NCBI GenBank assembly: GCA_963813335.1
Contig: CAWEYL010000003.1
Coordinates: 256,001 to 320,000, forward strand
DNA: 64,000 bases
Direction: 5' to 3'
Source: an uncultured Chloroflexia bacterium
GTDB lineage: Bacteria > Chloroflexota > Limnocylindria > Limnocylindrales > CSP1-4
Shown: positions 39,261 through 54,324 of the stretch, piece by piece
Position numbering within the stretch: position 1 is the first letter of the stretch
How the letters are laid out: the number at the start of each line of letters is the position of its first letter
Notes under the pieces: model-generated
The model's input: the letters and a program-made list of their open reading frames with translations, nothing else
The model's database searches: none
What the model was told of the DNA's origin: nothing
Program-made: the position numbers and the translations under genes

Positions 39261-40163
39261 ATGCCCACCAGGACCTACCCGCTCGACACCCCGCTGGACC
39301 TCGTCCGGACCCTGCGACCCCTCGCTCGCGGGACCGGCGATGCGACCATGCGCTTCGCCGCCGGCCGAGCCTGGCACGCGACCCGGACGCCGGACGGGCC
39401 GGCCACCTTGGCCCTCACCGTCAGCGGCGACCTTCTGACCGCTGAAGCCTGGGGACCGGGCGCCGATCGGGCGCTCGACGGCGTCCCGGAGCTGGTCGGG
39501 CTGACGGCCGGGCCGATGCGGGTCGCGTCCCACCACCGCCTCGTCGACCAGCTCGCGCGGCGATTCCCGGGCGTCCGGCTCACGCGAACACGGGCGGTGA
39601 TGGAATCGCTCGTCCCGGCGATCCTCGAGCAGAAGGTGACCGGCGACTCGGCCCGCCGCGCGTGGCGCGGCCTCGTGAGCCGGTACGGCGCGCCGGCGCC
39701 CGGGCCCTCCGAGTTCCGCCTCCGCGTCCCGCCACCCGCCGCCGTCCTGGCCGCCCTCCCCTACTACGACTTCCACCCGCTGGGGGTGGAGCAGCGCCGC
39801 GCCGACACGATCCGCCGGGCGGCCGCGCGGGCCGACTGGCTCGAGGCGATCGTCGACCTGCCGATCGACGCGGCCCACGCGCGGATGACCGCCCTGCCCG
39901 GGATCGGGCCGTGGACCGCCGCCGAGGTCGCCGTCCGGGTGCTCGGCGACCCGGACGCCGTGAGCGTCGGCGACTTCCACCTGCCGAACGTCGTCGCCTT
40001 CGCGCTCGCCGGCGAGCCGCGCGCCGACGACGCCCGGATGCTCGAGCTGCTGGAGCCGTGGCGGGGTGAGCGGGCCAGGGTCATCCGGCTCATCGAGCTG
40101 AGCGGGATCGCGCCCCCGAAGTACGGCCCCCGGCTGACGCCGCGCCGCATCGAGCGCGACTGA
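39261..40163 (+). CDS. AlkA-like DNA-3-methyladenine glycosylase (HhH-GPD)
   Basis: [22 protein letters not shown]. Confidence 0.85.
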   Translation: MPTRTYPLDTPLDLVRTLRPLARGTGDATMRFAAGRAWHATRTPDGPATLALTVSGDLLTAEAWGPGADRALDGVPELVGLTAGPMRVASHHRLVDQLARRFPGVRLTRTRAVMESLVPAILEQKVTGDSARRAWRGLVSRYGAPAPGPSEFRLRVPPPAAVLAALPYYDFHPLGVEQRRADTIRRAAARADWLEAIVDLPIDAAHARMTALPGIGPWTAAEVAVRVLGDPDAVSVGDFHLPNVVAFALAGEPRADDARMLELLEPWRGERARVIRLIELSGIAPPKYGPRLTPRRIERD

Positions 40164-40237
40164 CCGTACACTCGTCGCCGAACCACGCGAGGAGCACGAA
40201 CACGAGCACCGCCACCGATCCCACCGCGACGGACCCC

Positions 40238-43963
<3,726 letters not shown>

Positions 43964-43969
43964 ACGGCC

Positions 43970-44875
43970 TCAGGCCCGCTGGGCCGCCATGCCGCGATAG
44001 GCGGCGACCGCCTCGAGGAACCGGGCGAGTGCCGCAGGCGTGTTCGGGTCGAGCGCCACGATGACGTGGTCCGCGCCGAGTGCCGCGTGCGCCGCCAGCC
44101 CCTCGGCGATGACCTCGGGGCCGCCCTCGAGCGCGCGCCCCGGCACCGCCGCCTCGCCTGGCCCCAAGTCCGGGTAGCGGACCTCCAGCCCGACCGTGAT
44201 CGTCAGCGTCGACGGGTCGCGCCCGACCCGCTCGCATGCCTCCGCGAGCCCCCGACGCCCGGTCGCCAGCCGCTCGTCCGGCAGGCCGAACCAGGCCATG
44301 TTCCAGGCATCGGCGTGGCGTGCCGTCAGGTCGAACATGCGCGGCTGTTTGGCCGCGACCAGGATCGGGATGTCGGGCCGGGCCGGCGGGATCAGGACGG
44401 CGTTGCGGGCGCGCTCGTACGTGCCGTCGAGGTCCACCCGACCCTCCCGGATGAGGCCCGTGATGATGGCCAGCGACTCCTCGAAGCGCGAGACCTTGTG
44501 GTCGGTCGGGAAGCCGAACGCCTCGAACTCCGGGTCGTGCCAGCCCGCGCCGACCCCCAGGATCAGCCGCCCGCCGCTGATGGTGTCGAGCGTGCCGGCC
44601 ATCTTGGCCAGCACCGCCGGGTTGCGGAACGCGGTGCAGAGCACGATCGTGCCGAGCTCCACCCGACGCGTCGCCTCGGCGATCGCGGAGAGGATCGTCC
44701 AGCATTCGTAGAGCCCGGTCGTCGGGTCGTCGCCGAAGCGAAAGAGCAGGTGGTCGTAGACCCAGACCGAATCGAGGCCGCCGGCGTCGGACGCCTGGGC
44801 CATCTCGCGGACGACCTCGTAGGGCACCGGACCGCGCCCTTCGTCCTCGATCGGGAGGACGATGCCGATCTTCAC
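43970..44875 (-). CDS. LLM-class flavin/F420-dependent oxidoreductase
   Basis: SVWVYDH, RNPAVLAKMA, SGGRLILGVGAGW, HADAWN. Confidence 0.88.
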   Translation of the reverse strand: MKIGIVLPIEDEGRGPVPYEVVREMAQASDAGGLDSVWVYDHLLFRFGDDPTTGLYECWTILSAIAEATRRVELGTIVLCTAFRNPAVLAKMAGTLDTISGGRLILGVGAGWHDPEFEAFGFPTDHKVSRFEESLAIITGLIREGRVDLDGTYERARNAVLIPPARPDIPILVAAKQPRMFDLTARHADAWNMAWFGLPDERLATGRRGLAEACERVGRDPSTLTITVGLEVRYPDLGPGEAAVPGRALEGGPEVIAEGLAAHAALGADHVIVALDPNTPAALARFLEAVAAYRGMAAQRA

Positions 44876-44900
44876 CCGCCGACGGGTGCTGACAGCGCCC

Positions 44901-45380
44901 TCAGCCGATCGCCTTGCGCACCGCTTCTTCCAGCTCGGGGTCGAGGGTGGTCTGGATGACCGTCCCGCCCTTCATCGGCCGGAGTGAGGCGAGGATGCCG
45001 GCCGTGTTCCCGCCATGGAGCAGCACGAAGAGGGCCGAGTGACCGCCTTCGAGCTTGTCCGTCACCTCGCGCACGAAGTCCTTGTCGATGCGGTCGCTCA
45101 CCGCGTGCCCGACGACCGCGCCGCCGATCGCGCCGATCGTCAGTCCGACCACGGGGAAGAAGACCGTGAAGAGCAGGCCGAGGCCGCCGCCGATCGCTGC
45201 TCCGGCGATGGCACTGCCGTCGAGCGTGCCCTTGACGTGGGTCTTGCCATCCGGGTCCTTGCGGATCACCGCGGCGTCGGCGATCTCGACCCCGTCGGCC
45301 GACTGGAGGTTGCGCAGCGCCTGCAGCGCGGCCGCGGCGTCGTCCTCCGATTCGAACGAGACAACGATCAGGTCACTCAT
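44901..45380 (-). CDS. DUF1269 family membrane protein
   Basis: LIVVSF, DAAVIRK..GK, Gly-zipper TM, SALFVL, IQTTL. Confidence 0.82.
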   Translation of the reverse strand: MSDLIVVSFESEDDAAAALQALRNLQSADGVEIADAAVIRKDPDGKTHVKGTLDGSAIAGAAIGGGLGLLFTVFFPVVGLTIGAIGGAVVGHAVSDRIDKDFVREVTDKLEGGHSALFVLLHGGNTAGILASLRPMKGGTVIQTTLDPELEEAVRKAIG

Positions 45381-45482
45381 CGTGGACCTCCCTCACTGGG
45401 CTGGCAGTTCGGGTAGACATGCGAATCTACCCTCCGGCGGGGGGCGTCATCCCGAGATCGGGTCCCCTGCTACGATCGGCCG

Positions 45483-46725
<1,243 letters not shown>

Positions 46726-46736
46726 CGACGGATCGT

Positions 46737-46770
46737 GACGCCCCGCCGGCTCTCGAGCCGACGGGGCGTT
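46737..46770. terminator. Hairpin between convergent genes
   Basis: GACGCCCCG-CCGGCT-CTCG-AGCCGA-CGGGGCGTT. Confidence 0.6.
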
Positions 46771-46792
46771 CCGTCCTCCAGGGAGCAGTCAG

Positions 46793-48202
46793 TCAGCCGA
46801 TGGAGGTGGCCGGGCGGATGTTCTGGTTCAGCGAGAACAGGTTCGACGGGTCGTAGCGGCGCTTGATGTCGGCCAGGCGCGGGTAGGCGGCGCCGGGGTA
46901 GGCCTCGTGGATGCGCCGGTCGCCCTCGACCCCGAGGAAGTTCGAGTAGACGCCGACCGAGCGGGCCGCGAGCTTCTCGTGGAGGGCCTCGGTCCAGGCG
47001 ACCTGCACGTCCTCGGTCGACGGGTCCTCGTAGTGGTCGAGGACCGCCACCATGATCGGGGCGTCGCGGTGGGCGAACGCGGTCGCGTCGGCGGGGACCC
47101 GGCCCATCGCGCCGCCGAGGACGCGCAGCTGGACCATCGCCATCGGCGAGGGCGCCGTGGCCATCGCGTCGAGCATCGCGTCGATCGCATCGTCCTCGAG
47201 CACGTCGAGGAACCGCGAGCGGCTCACACCGTACCCCGGGGCCTCAGCCGCGGCCGTGAACTGGTAGATGCCCGGGTACGGCATCGGCATCGCGAGGTCG
47301 ATGATGGGCTCGGCCACCTGGCGGAACGGCGCGATGGCCGCCTGCCCGTCGGCCGGCTCGCCGGCATACACGAACATCACCACCAGCGACAGCTGGCCCA
47401 CCTGCTTCGGCGCCACGAACGGCGCCGGCGGGATGCGCATCAGGAACGAGATCGTGGTGAGCTCATCCGGCGCGCTCGCCGCGATCGGCACGAGGCTGCG
47501 GAGGACCTCCTTGGTCGGCGGCAGGAAGAGGGCGCCGCCGAGGACTTCGCCGACGGGGTAGAGCGCGTACTGGAAGCGGGTGACCACGCCGAAGTTGCCG
47601 CCACCGCCGCGGACCGCCCAGAACAGGTCGGGGTGCTCGTCCTCGCTGGCTGTGATCAGGCGGCCGTCAGCCGTCACGATCTCGACCGCCTGCAGGGCGT
47701 CGACGGCCAGGCCGTACTTGCGCGCCAGCCAGCCGATGCCGCCGCCGAGCGTCAGGCCGGCGATGCCGACCGAACCGGTGTCGCCGAACGGCGTCGCGAG
47801 GCCATGCGCGGCCGCGGCCTGCGTGAACTCCATCGCGGTCAGGCCCGGCTGGGCCCACGCGACACGACGCTCGACGTCGATGTGAAGGCCCTTCATCCGG
47901 CTCAGGTCGAGGACGATGCCGCCGTCGACGCTGCTGTGGCCGGCGAGGCTGTGGCCGCCGGCACGGACCGCGATCTGCATCCCGGACTCCGCGGCGAGCG
48001 TCACGGTCCGCGCCACATCGCCCTGGCCGGCCGCACGCACGATCATCGTGGGATGGCGGTCGAAGGACAGGTCGTGGATCTGTCGCGCGCTGTCGTAGTC
48101 GGACTGCCCGGGAAGGATGAGTTCACCCAGGAGCTCGGCCTTGAACGCAGCGAGGTCGAACGGGTTGGCGAGATCGTGGCGGCGGGGTCGGAATGCTTCC
48201 AA
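46793..48202 (-). CDS. FAD-linked oxidase, berberine-bridge-enzyme family
   Basis: RAGGHS covalent-FAD His, [35 protein letters not shown]; AAGGAG RBS before TTG. Confidence 0.9.
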   Translation of the reverse strand: MEAFRPRRHDLANPFDLAAFKAELLGELILPGQSDYDSARQIHDLSFDRHPTMIVRAAGQGDVARTVTLAAESGMQIAVRAGGHSLAGHSSVDGGIVLDLSRMKGLHIDVERRVAWAQPGLTAMEFTQAAAAHGLATPFGDTGSVGIAGLTLGGGIGWLARKYGLAVDALQAVEIVTADGRLITASEDEHPDLFWAVRGGGGNFGVVTRFQYALYPVGEVLGGALFLPPTKEVLRSLVPIAASAPDELTTISFLMRIPPAPFVAPKQVGQLSLVVMFVYAGEPADGQAAIAPFRQVAEPIIDLAMPMPYPGIYQFTAAAEAPGYGVSRSRFLDVLEDDAIDAMLDAMATAPSPMAMVQLRVLGGAMGRVPADATAFAHRDAPIMVAVLDHYEDPSTEDVQVAWTEALHEKLAARSVGVYSNFLGVEGDRRIHEAYPGAAYPRLADIKRRYDPSNLFSLNQNIRPATSIG

Positions 48203-48348
48203 GGCCGTGGCTCCTTGCGGTGGTGTCGGAGGGGTACGGCGATGGTGCTGCGGCGGCATCCGGGCGGCGACCGACGCCCGTCGCCAGTCGGCATGGACAT
48301 CCGTCCACACCCCGGGGCGGGCGGCCAGGCGGCGCCCGGCCCGTTGCC

Positions 48349-50011
48349 CTACGACCGCTGGTGGCGGTAGAACGGGATCGGCTCGGGGGCGAGCGGGGTG
48401 TTGTCGAGGATGAGGTCGGCCGACTTCTCGGCCAGCATCATCACCGGGGCGTAGATGTTGCCGTTGGTCACGTACGGCATCGAGGACGCGTCGACCACCC
48501 GCAGCCCGTCCAGGCCGTGGACGCGCATCGTCAGCGGATCGAGGACCGACCCGTCGTCCAGGCCCATCCGGGCGGTGCACGAGGGATGCAGCGCCGTCTC
48601 GGCGTCGCGGGCGACCCAGTCGCGGATCTCGTCATCGGTGGTCACGGCCGTCCCGGGCGAGGTCTCGCCGCCGTTGTATGGGGCCATCGCCGGCTGGTTG
48701 AGGATGTCGCGCGCGACGCGCACGGCCTCGACCCATTCGCGCCGGTCCTGCTCCGTGGACAGGTAGTTGAAGCGGAGCGCCGGGTGCTGGCGCGGGTCCG
48801 TGCTCTTGAGCCGCACCGAGCCGCGGGCGTCCGAGTACATGGGGCCCACGTGGACCTGGTAGCCGTGACCCGCCGCGCCGGCGCTCCCGTCGTAGCGGAT
48901 CGCCAGCGGCAGGAAGTGGAACATCAGGTTCGGGTAGGCGACCTCCTCGTTGCTGCGGGCGAACCCGCCGCCCTCGAAGTGGTTCGTCGCGCCCGGGCCC
49001 GCGGCGGAGGAACAGCCACTGCGCCCCGATGAACGGCCGGCGCCACTTCTGCGTCGCCGACGGCTGCATCGAGACCGGCTGCAGGCTCGTGTACTGGATG
49101 TAGACCTCGAGGTGGTCCTGGAGGTGGTCGCCGACGCCCGGCAGGTCCTGCACGACCGGGATCCCCAGGCGTTCGAGGTCTGCGGCCGGGCCGACCCCGG
49201 AGAGCTGCAGGAGCTGCGGGGAGTTGATCGCGCCGCCGGCCAGGATCACCTCGCCGGCGTCGATCCGCTCCGTGCCGCCGCGGCCCCTGGCAACGTCGAC
49301 GCCGACGGCCCGGCCGCCCTCGAAGCGGATCCGCGTCACGAACTGGCGGGTCCGGACCTCGAGGTTCCGGCGGCCCATGACCGGGTGGAGGTAGGCGCGC
49401 GCGGCGCTGAGCCGACGCCCCCGGTGGATGTTGCGGTCGAACGGCGCGAAGCCCTCCTGCCGGTAGCCGTTGACGTCGTCGGTCAGGTGGTAGCCCGCCT
49501 CCTTGCAGGCCGCGAAGAACGCGGTGAAGAGCGGGTTGGTGGCCGGACCGCGCTCCAGCACCAGCGGGCCGTCATGGCCCCGCCACGGATCGTCGGCCGC
49601 GGCCGCCAGGCACGTCTCCATCTTCTTGAAGTAGGGCAGGCAGTGGGCGTAGTCCCAGGTCGCCATGCCGGGATCGGCCGCCCAGCGCTCGTAGTCGAGC
49701 GGGTTGCCGCGCTGGAAGATCTGCCCGTTGATGCTCGACGAGCCGCCGAGGACCTTGCCGCGGGCGTGGTAGATGCGCCGGCCGTGCATGAACGGCTCGG
49801 GCTCGGACTCGTACTTCCAGTCGTAGAACCGGCTGCCGATCGGGAAGGTCAGCGCCGCGGGCATGTGGATGAAGACGTCGAAGCGGTAGTCCGGCCGGCC
49901 GGCCTCGAGCACGAGCACGCGATTCGAGGGCGAGGCGCTGAGTCGGTTCGCGAGCGCGCTCCCGGCTGAGCCGCCGCCGACGATGACGAAGTCGTACCTG
50001 GTGCCCGGCAT
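48349..50011 (-). CDS. betA: Choline dehydrogenase (GMC oxidoreductase; frameshift ~48995)
   Basis: [46 protein letters not shown]. Confidence 0.88.
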
Positions 50012-50130
50012 GGTCCGGCGATGCTAGCAGCGCGGCTCCGCGGCGGAGGCACCGCACCGGACCGACGTACCCGGGCGCACCGGACCTGTGGGTCAGGGGT
50101 CCCCGGGGCGTCCCGCTCTACGGTCCGGTC

Positions 50131-50217
50131 ATGGGGATCGAGACCGTCGTCCTGCTCTTCGTCTGGCTGGTCATCGCCGAGGTCGTGCTGACCAAGCTGG
50201 TCAACGGCCCGGAGTAG
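50131..50217 (+). CDS. 28-aa single-TM microprotein (not in the ORF track)
   Basis: MGIETVVLLFVWLVIAEVVLTKLVNGPE*; all third positions G/C; TACGGT hexamer 6 nt before the ATG. Confidence 0.6.
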   Translation: MGIETVVLLFVWLVIAEVVLTKLVNGPE

Positions 50218-50220
50218 GCG

Positions 50221-51879
50221 TCAGCCTTTCACCCGGAACGTGGCCGCCCGCGCCCTGTCGGACAGGAGCGTGGTGCTGCCGGCCGCGTAGATCCTGATCC
50301 GCACCGAGTAGGTCCCCAGGCGTCGCGTCGCCGAGATGTACCAGGTCGGCTTGAACGTGCGCGTGACGCCGGCCGCGAACGACGCGTTGTCGTAGACCTT
50401 GCGGAAGACCAGGGTCCCCTTCGGGTCGTAGATCCGGACGTCGACCTTGGCCTTGGTCGCGGCCGACGCCCGCACCGAGACCGTGATCGTCTCCGTGTGC
50501 CGGCGCGCCCGGATCGCGGGCGACGCGGTCGCGCTGCGCACCCACGTGACCGTGGGCGGCGGTGGCGCCACGGGCGGTGGCGGCGTGCCGAAGCCCAGGT
50601 CCAGCCCGCCCGCTGCGTAGTAGGCGGCCGCTCGCTCGCGGAAGTAGCCGCCGTCGTCGTCGGCCGAGAGCGACGACCGGGTGTTGCCGTTGATCGCGGC
50701 CGGGTCCGTCACGCCGTCGTGCTGGCCGTCGCAGGCGCACGTCGTGCCGTCGGCGCCGCCGCCGAACAGGAGGGCGACGACCCCGGCGTCGCGCCACATC
50801 GCCAGGTGGGTGCCGCCCGGATCCTCGAGGAACCACTGCGCCCGGTTGTCCTGGTAGTGGCCCCACGTGTCGTTCATCGCGCGCATCTTCGTGTTGCCCA
50901 GGGGGATCTGCCAGACCACGACTCGATGGCCCGTGTCGGCGACGTACCCCGCGATGAACCTGGCGTAGCGGACGAAGTCGGCGTCGTCCCAGCGCGAGGC
51001 GCCGCCGTCGCCGTAGACGATCTGCTTGAACGACGCGTCCCGGTCGGCGATGTCGGTGAAGGTCAGGTCGAACGGGGCGCCGAGCGATCGGTAGAAGGCG
51101 CCGGCGCGTGCCGCCAGGGTGTCGACCTGCGAATCCGGGCTGTTCGAGTAGGCGATATCCCAGTTCGTGCCCCAGACCGAGAGGTGGTAGGCGAGCAGGA
51201 CGTTGGGCGCGAGCTGGTCGCGCAGCCGGACGATCGCCTTCGCGAACCCGGCGGCCGTGTTCGGGAGCCCCGTCAGGGCGGCGTCGCCGGAGCTCGCGAC
51301 GGACGCCGGGACCTGCGTGGCGTCATCGTTCGTGCCGGTCGCCTGCTCGATGTAGCCCCACAGGTCGGGCTCGACGTGGAGGATCACCGTCTGGTCGCCG
51401 GCCGCCCGCTGGAAGAACAGGCGCAGGTCGGCGTAGAAGGCGGCCATCGTCGTCGGGTTGGCGAGGTTGGAGAGGTCCTTGGCCGATTCGCTGCTGCCGC
51501 TGGCCGGGTTCGACTGCAGGAGCATGTAGTAGGGGAAGACCGCGATCGACCCGTGGTCGGCCGAGTCCTGGATGTACCAGCTGACGAACTGGCCGTTCGT
51601 GTTCCAGGTCGACCAGCCGTTGCCCGTGTTCACGCCACCGGCGAGGTACTGGTAGCGGAACTTGAACGGGGCGGAGGCATGCAGGGCGGCCGCCCCGCCG
51701 GGCGCGTCGGCGAGACCCAGCTCCAGCCGATCGGACGGCCACGATGCGGGGAGGGCCGGGAGCGCGGCGGCGGCACGCGTCGACGCGGGCGGCGCAGCCG
51801 TCCCCGTGACGAGGACGAGCACGACGGCGACCAGGATCGGCAGGCGACGGATGACCGGGACCCTCCAGCGTCCCCGCAT
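50221..51879 (-). CDS. Secreted glycoside-hydrolase-like protein with a C-terminal beta-sandwich domain
   Basis: Signal peptide; aromatic/acidic core (YQYLAGG, LHVEPDLWGY, DRDA, WQIPLGN); Pro linker; start uncertain. Confidence 0.65.
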   Translation of the reverse strand: MRGRWRVPVIRRLPILVAVVLVLVTGTAAPPASTRAAAALPALPASWPSDRLELGLADAPGGAAALHASAPFKFRYQYLAGGVNTGNGWSTWNTNGQFVSWYIQDSADHGSIAVFPYYMLLQSNPASGSSESAKDLSNLANPTTMAAFYADLRLFFQRAAGDQTVILHVEPDLWGYIEQATGTNDDATQVPASVASSGDAALTGLPNTAAGFAKAIVRLRDQLAPNVLLAYHLSVWGTNWDIAYSNSPDSQVDTLAARAGAFYRSLGAPFDLTFTDIADRDASFKQIVYGDGGASRWDDADFVRYARFIAGYVADTGHRVVVWQIPLGNTKMRAMNDTWGHYQDNRAQWFLEDPGGTHLAMWRDAGVVALLFGGGADGTTCACDGQHDGVTDPAAINGNTRSSLSADDDGGYFRERAAAYYAAGGLDLGFGTPPPPVAPPPPTVTWVRSATASPAIRARRHTETITVSVRASAATKAKVDVRIYDPKGTLVFRKVYDNASFAAGVTRTFKPTWYISATRRLGTYSVRIRIYAAGSTTLLSDRARAATFRVKG

Positions 51880-52018
51880 CGTCACCGCGCGAGCCGTCGA
51901 CGTCACTCCCTCGCTCGTCCCGTTCCGGGCCGTACGTTGATGGGTGCGTCCGGGCACCGGGCACGGCTCGGCGTAGGCTTGTCCGACGCTGCCGCCACGG
52001 GAGCGCTGGAGGTGCTCG

Positions 52019-52363
52019 ATGCAGATCCCCAAGCCCACCGAGGCCGACAAGGAGCGGTTCCGCTCGCTCGTCCCTGACGACGCCCGGGTCGAGGTGAAGC
52101 CGATGTTCGGCAACCTGGGCGCGTTCGTGCACGGGAACATGTTCATGGGGCTGTTCGGTTCGCAGGTCGGCGTCAAGGTCACGCCGGCGGACGCGGAGCG
52201 CCTCAGGGCCGCCGGCGGCGGGCCCTTCGGACCCGAGGAACGGCCGATGGGCGGCTACCTCACGCTGCCGCCGGCGATGGTCGGCACGCCCGACGGCGAT
52301 GCCTGGGTCGGGAACGCGCTCGAGCATGTCGCGGCGCTGCCGCCGAAGAAGGAGAAGGCATGA
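52019..52363 (+). CDS. TfoX N-terminal domain protein
   Basis: KPMFG..GAFV.GNMF, RPMGGY, LPPK. Confidence 0.82.
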   Translation: MQIPKPTEADKERFRSLVPDDARVEVKPMFGNLGAFVHGNMFMGLFGSQVGVKVTPADAERLRAAGGGPFGPEERPMGGYLTLPPAMVGTPDGDAWVGNALEHVAALPPKKEKA

Positions 52364-52746
52364 GCGGACTCGCAGACTCCCTGATGGTGACGACGGTCGC
52401 GGTCACCGACCTCGATCGGGCGAAGGGGTTCTTCGCCGACCAGCTCCAGCTGCCGATCCTCGACGAGCAGCCGTTCGCCATCCGGTTCGGTGCCGGGAAC
52501 GGGTCGCAGCTGTCGGTGCGACGCGGGCAGCCCAACGTCGGCCAGACGGTCGGGCATTTCGAGGTGGCGGACATCGTCGCCACCGTCGCCGAACTCTCGG
52601 CGCGCGGGGTCGAGTTCCAGGATTACGAGACCCCCAAGACCGTCGACTTCATCGCCCAGATCGGTCCGGCTCGGGGCGCCTGGTTCGTCGATCCGGACGG
52701 GCAGGTGTTCGGCGTTCGAGAGGGGCCGGTTCCCGGTCGCGGATGA
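52360..52746 (+). CDS. VOC/glyoxalase family protein
   Basis: V.DLDRAKGFF...L.L, F.V.DI, AWFVDPDG. Confidence 0.85.
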   Translation: MSGLADSLMVTTVAVTDLDRAKGFFADQLQLPILDEQPFAIRFGAGNGSQLSVRRGQPNVGQTVGHFEVADIVATVAELSARGVEFQDYETPKTVDFIAQIGPARGAWFVDPDGQVFGVREGPVPGRG

Positions 52747-52846
52747 CAGCCCGCCGAAACGCGCGAACGGGGGGACACGCAGGCGCTACTGTTGCCTCGT
52801 CGTTGACGTCTCCCGGCAAGGCCCGGTCGGTCTGAGGAGGGATCCC

Positions 52847-53086
52847 ATGATCCAGAACATCATCGGCGCCGCGGTCGGCGCGCTCGTGACCTATCTCCTG
52901 CTGGTCATCATGGTCGGCGGCCCGGCGGACAAGTTCGTGGCGCCCGTGGTCATCGGCGCGATCGTGTCTGCCGCGTGGCCGATCGCCATCGGCTTCTGGC
53001 TGGCTCGCCGCGCGAAGGCCCGCCGGGACGACAAGATCTCGGCCGAGGTCGAGCGCCAGGTCGCCGAACAGACCAAGGGCAACTGA
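52847..53086 (+). CDS. Small 2-TM membrane protein
   Basis: GAGGAGG RBS, two hydrophobic segments, charged tail. Confidence 0.7.
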   Translation: MIQNIIGAAVGALVTYLLLVIMVGGPADKFVAPVVIGAIVSAAWPIAIGFWLARRAKARRDDKISAEVERQVAEQTKGN

Positions 53087-53128
53087 CGCCCGCGATCCGG
53101 GTCGGGAGCCGGCCAGCGCCCGCCCGGA

Positions 53129-53431
53129 TCAGAGCCCGAGGAGCTGCGCCTTCTTGGCGGCGAATTCCTCTTCGGACAGGATCCCGGCGTCCTTCAGCTG
53201 GCCGAACTTCCTGAGCTGCTCGTACACGTCCTCCTGAGCCGGCGGCGCGGGGGGCGGCGGAGCGTACTGCGGCGGAGCCTGATAGACGGGCGCCGGCGCC
53301 GGGGCCGCGGCGTATGCCGACTGGTCCTCCTGCGCCCAGCGATTGGCCTGTCGACGCGAGACGCGATTGCTCACGGCCGTCGCGGTGCCCGCGATGACCG
53401 CGGTCCGGGCCATGCCTCCGATGAGTCCCAT
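53129..53431 (-). CDS. SHOCT domain protein
   Basis: MARTAVIAGTATAVSNRV N-terminus; QLKDAGILSEEEFAAKKAQLL. Confidence 0.85.
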   Translation of the reverse strand: MGLIGGMARTAVIAGTATAVSNRVSRRQANRWAQEDQSAYAAAPAPAPVYQAPPQYAPPPPAPPAQEDVYEQLRKFGQLKDAGILSEEEFAAKKAQLLGL

Positions 53432-53445
53432 GTCGTTCGCTCCTC

Positions 53446-53880
53446 TCAGGATTCGAGCGTATCGAGGGCAGCCAGGATGGCCTGGGTGGGGACGTGGCCG
53501 TAGGCGACGAGGTGACCTCCGGCCTTCCGGGCCGCCTTCCCGAATTCGAGCGACCACAGGTTCTCGTAGACGATCAGCAGACCGAGACTGTCCGGTTGCA
53601 GGGTGGCCGCCGCCGCGGCGGCGTCATCCGCGTCGAGCATCCCCGACGACGCGCCGGCCAGCGAGCCGAGGTCGCCGATCTGCGCCGCGTCGAGGTCCGC
53701 CGTGGTCAGCGCGTCGAAATCGCCCTCACCCCGCTTGGCGATGACCAGGACGTCGAGGATCCGGATCAGGCGCCGATCCACCAGGTCGAGCAATGGCGGG
53801 ACGAGTGCGCCGTCGAGCTTCTTGCCGACCGCCTCGATGAGCATGAAGTCGATCGAGCCGGTCTCGTCGATCTCTGACAT
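53446..53880 (-). CDS. DUF6325 family protein (paralog of 9257-9715)
   Basis: GSIDFMLIE, IRILDVL, IVYENLWS, GHVP. Confidence 0.8.
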   Translation of the reverse strand: MSEIDETGSIDFMLIEAVGKKLDGALVPPLLDLVDRRLIRILDVLVIAKRGEGDFDALTTADLDAAQIGDLGSLAGASSGMLDADDAAAAAATLQPDSLGLLIVYENLWSLEFGKAARKAGGHLVAYGHVPTQAILAALDTLES

Positions 53881-54044
53881 CTGTCTGCACCTCGCTCCAT
53901 GGGCGTCACAGGGTCGCGTCCGCTCCATGGTAGATGACCGACACGTCGTCGCGCCGTCGTGCTGGCATACTGGCCGCGACGGGTGATCGGCGCCCGGACA
54001 TCGTGCTCGTGGCTCGGCCGCGTCGGAACGAGGAGGATCGATCA

Positions 54045-54308
54045 GTGGACCTGCAGCGTGACGCCGCCCGGCTCGCGTCCATCGCGACGAGCTTCATCTG
54101 GATCGGCTGGCTGTTCATCATCTACGCGCTCGTGGCTGGCGTGCTCTGGTGGATCGACCTCGTGCAGCGCCCGGCGTTCAACTTCCTGGAGGCGCTGGCG
54201 ATCTCCTCGGCAGCCATCGGGGTCCCGCTCTTCCTCGCGTTCATCGTTGCCGCCTTCGGATACGCCCTCCGGCTGTTCGCCCTCTACGTCGCCGGCAAGT
54301 CGCAGTAG
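54045..54308 (+). CDS. Small 2-TM membrane protein
   Basis: GAGGAGG RBS before GTG, two TM segments. Confidence 0.7.
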   Translation: MDLQRDAARLASIATSFIWIGWLFIIYALVAGVLWWIDLVQRPAFNFLEALAISSAAIGVPLFLAFIVAAFGYALRLFALYVAGKSQ

Positions 54309-54324
54309 CCGGCGGGCCACCACC

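Noticed and set aside
40164-40237. SAM or cobalamin riboswitch upstream of metH
   Set aside because: The intergenic region is under 75 nt, with no recognisable aptamer motifs
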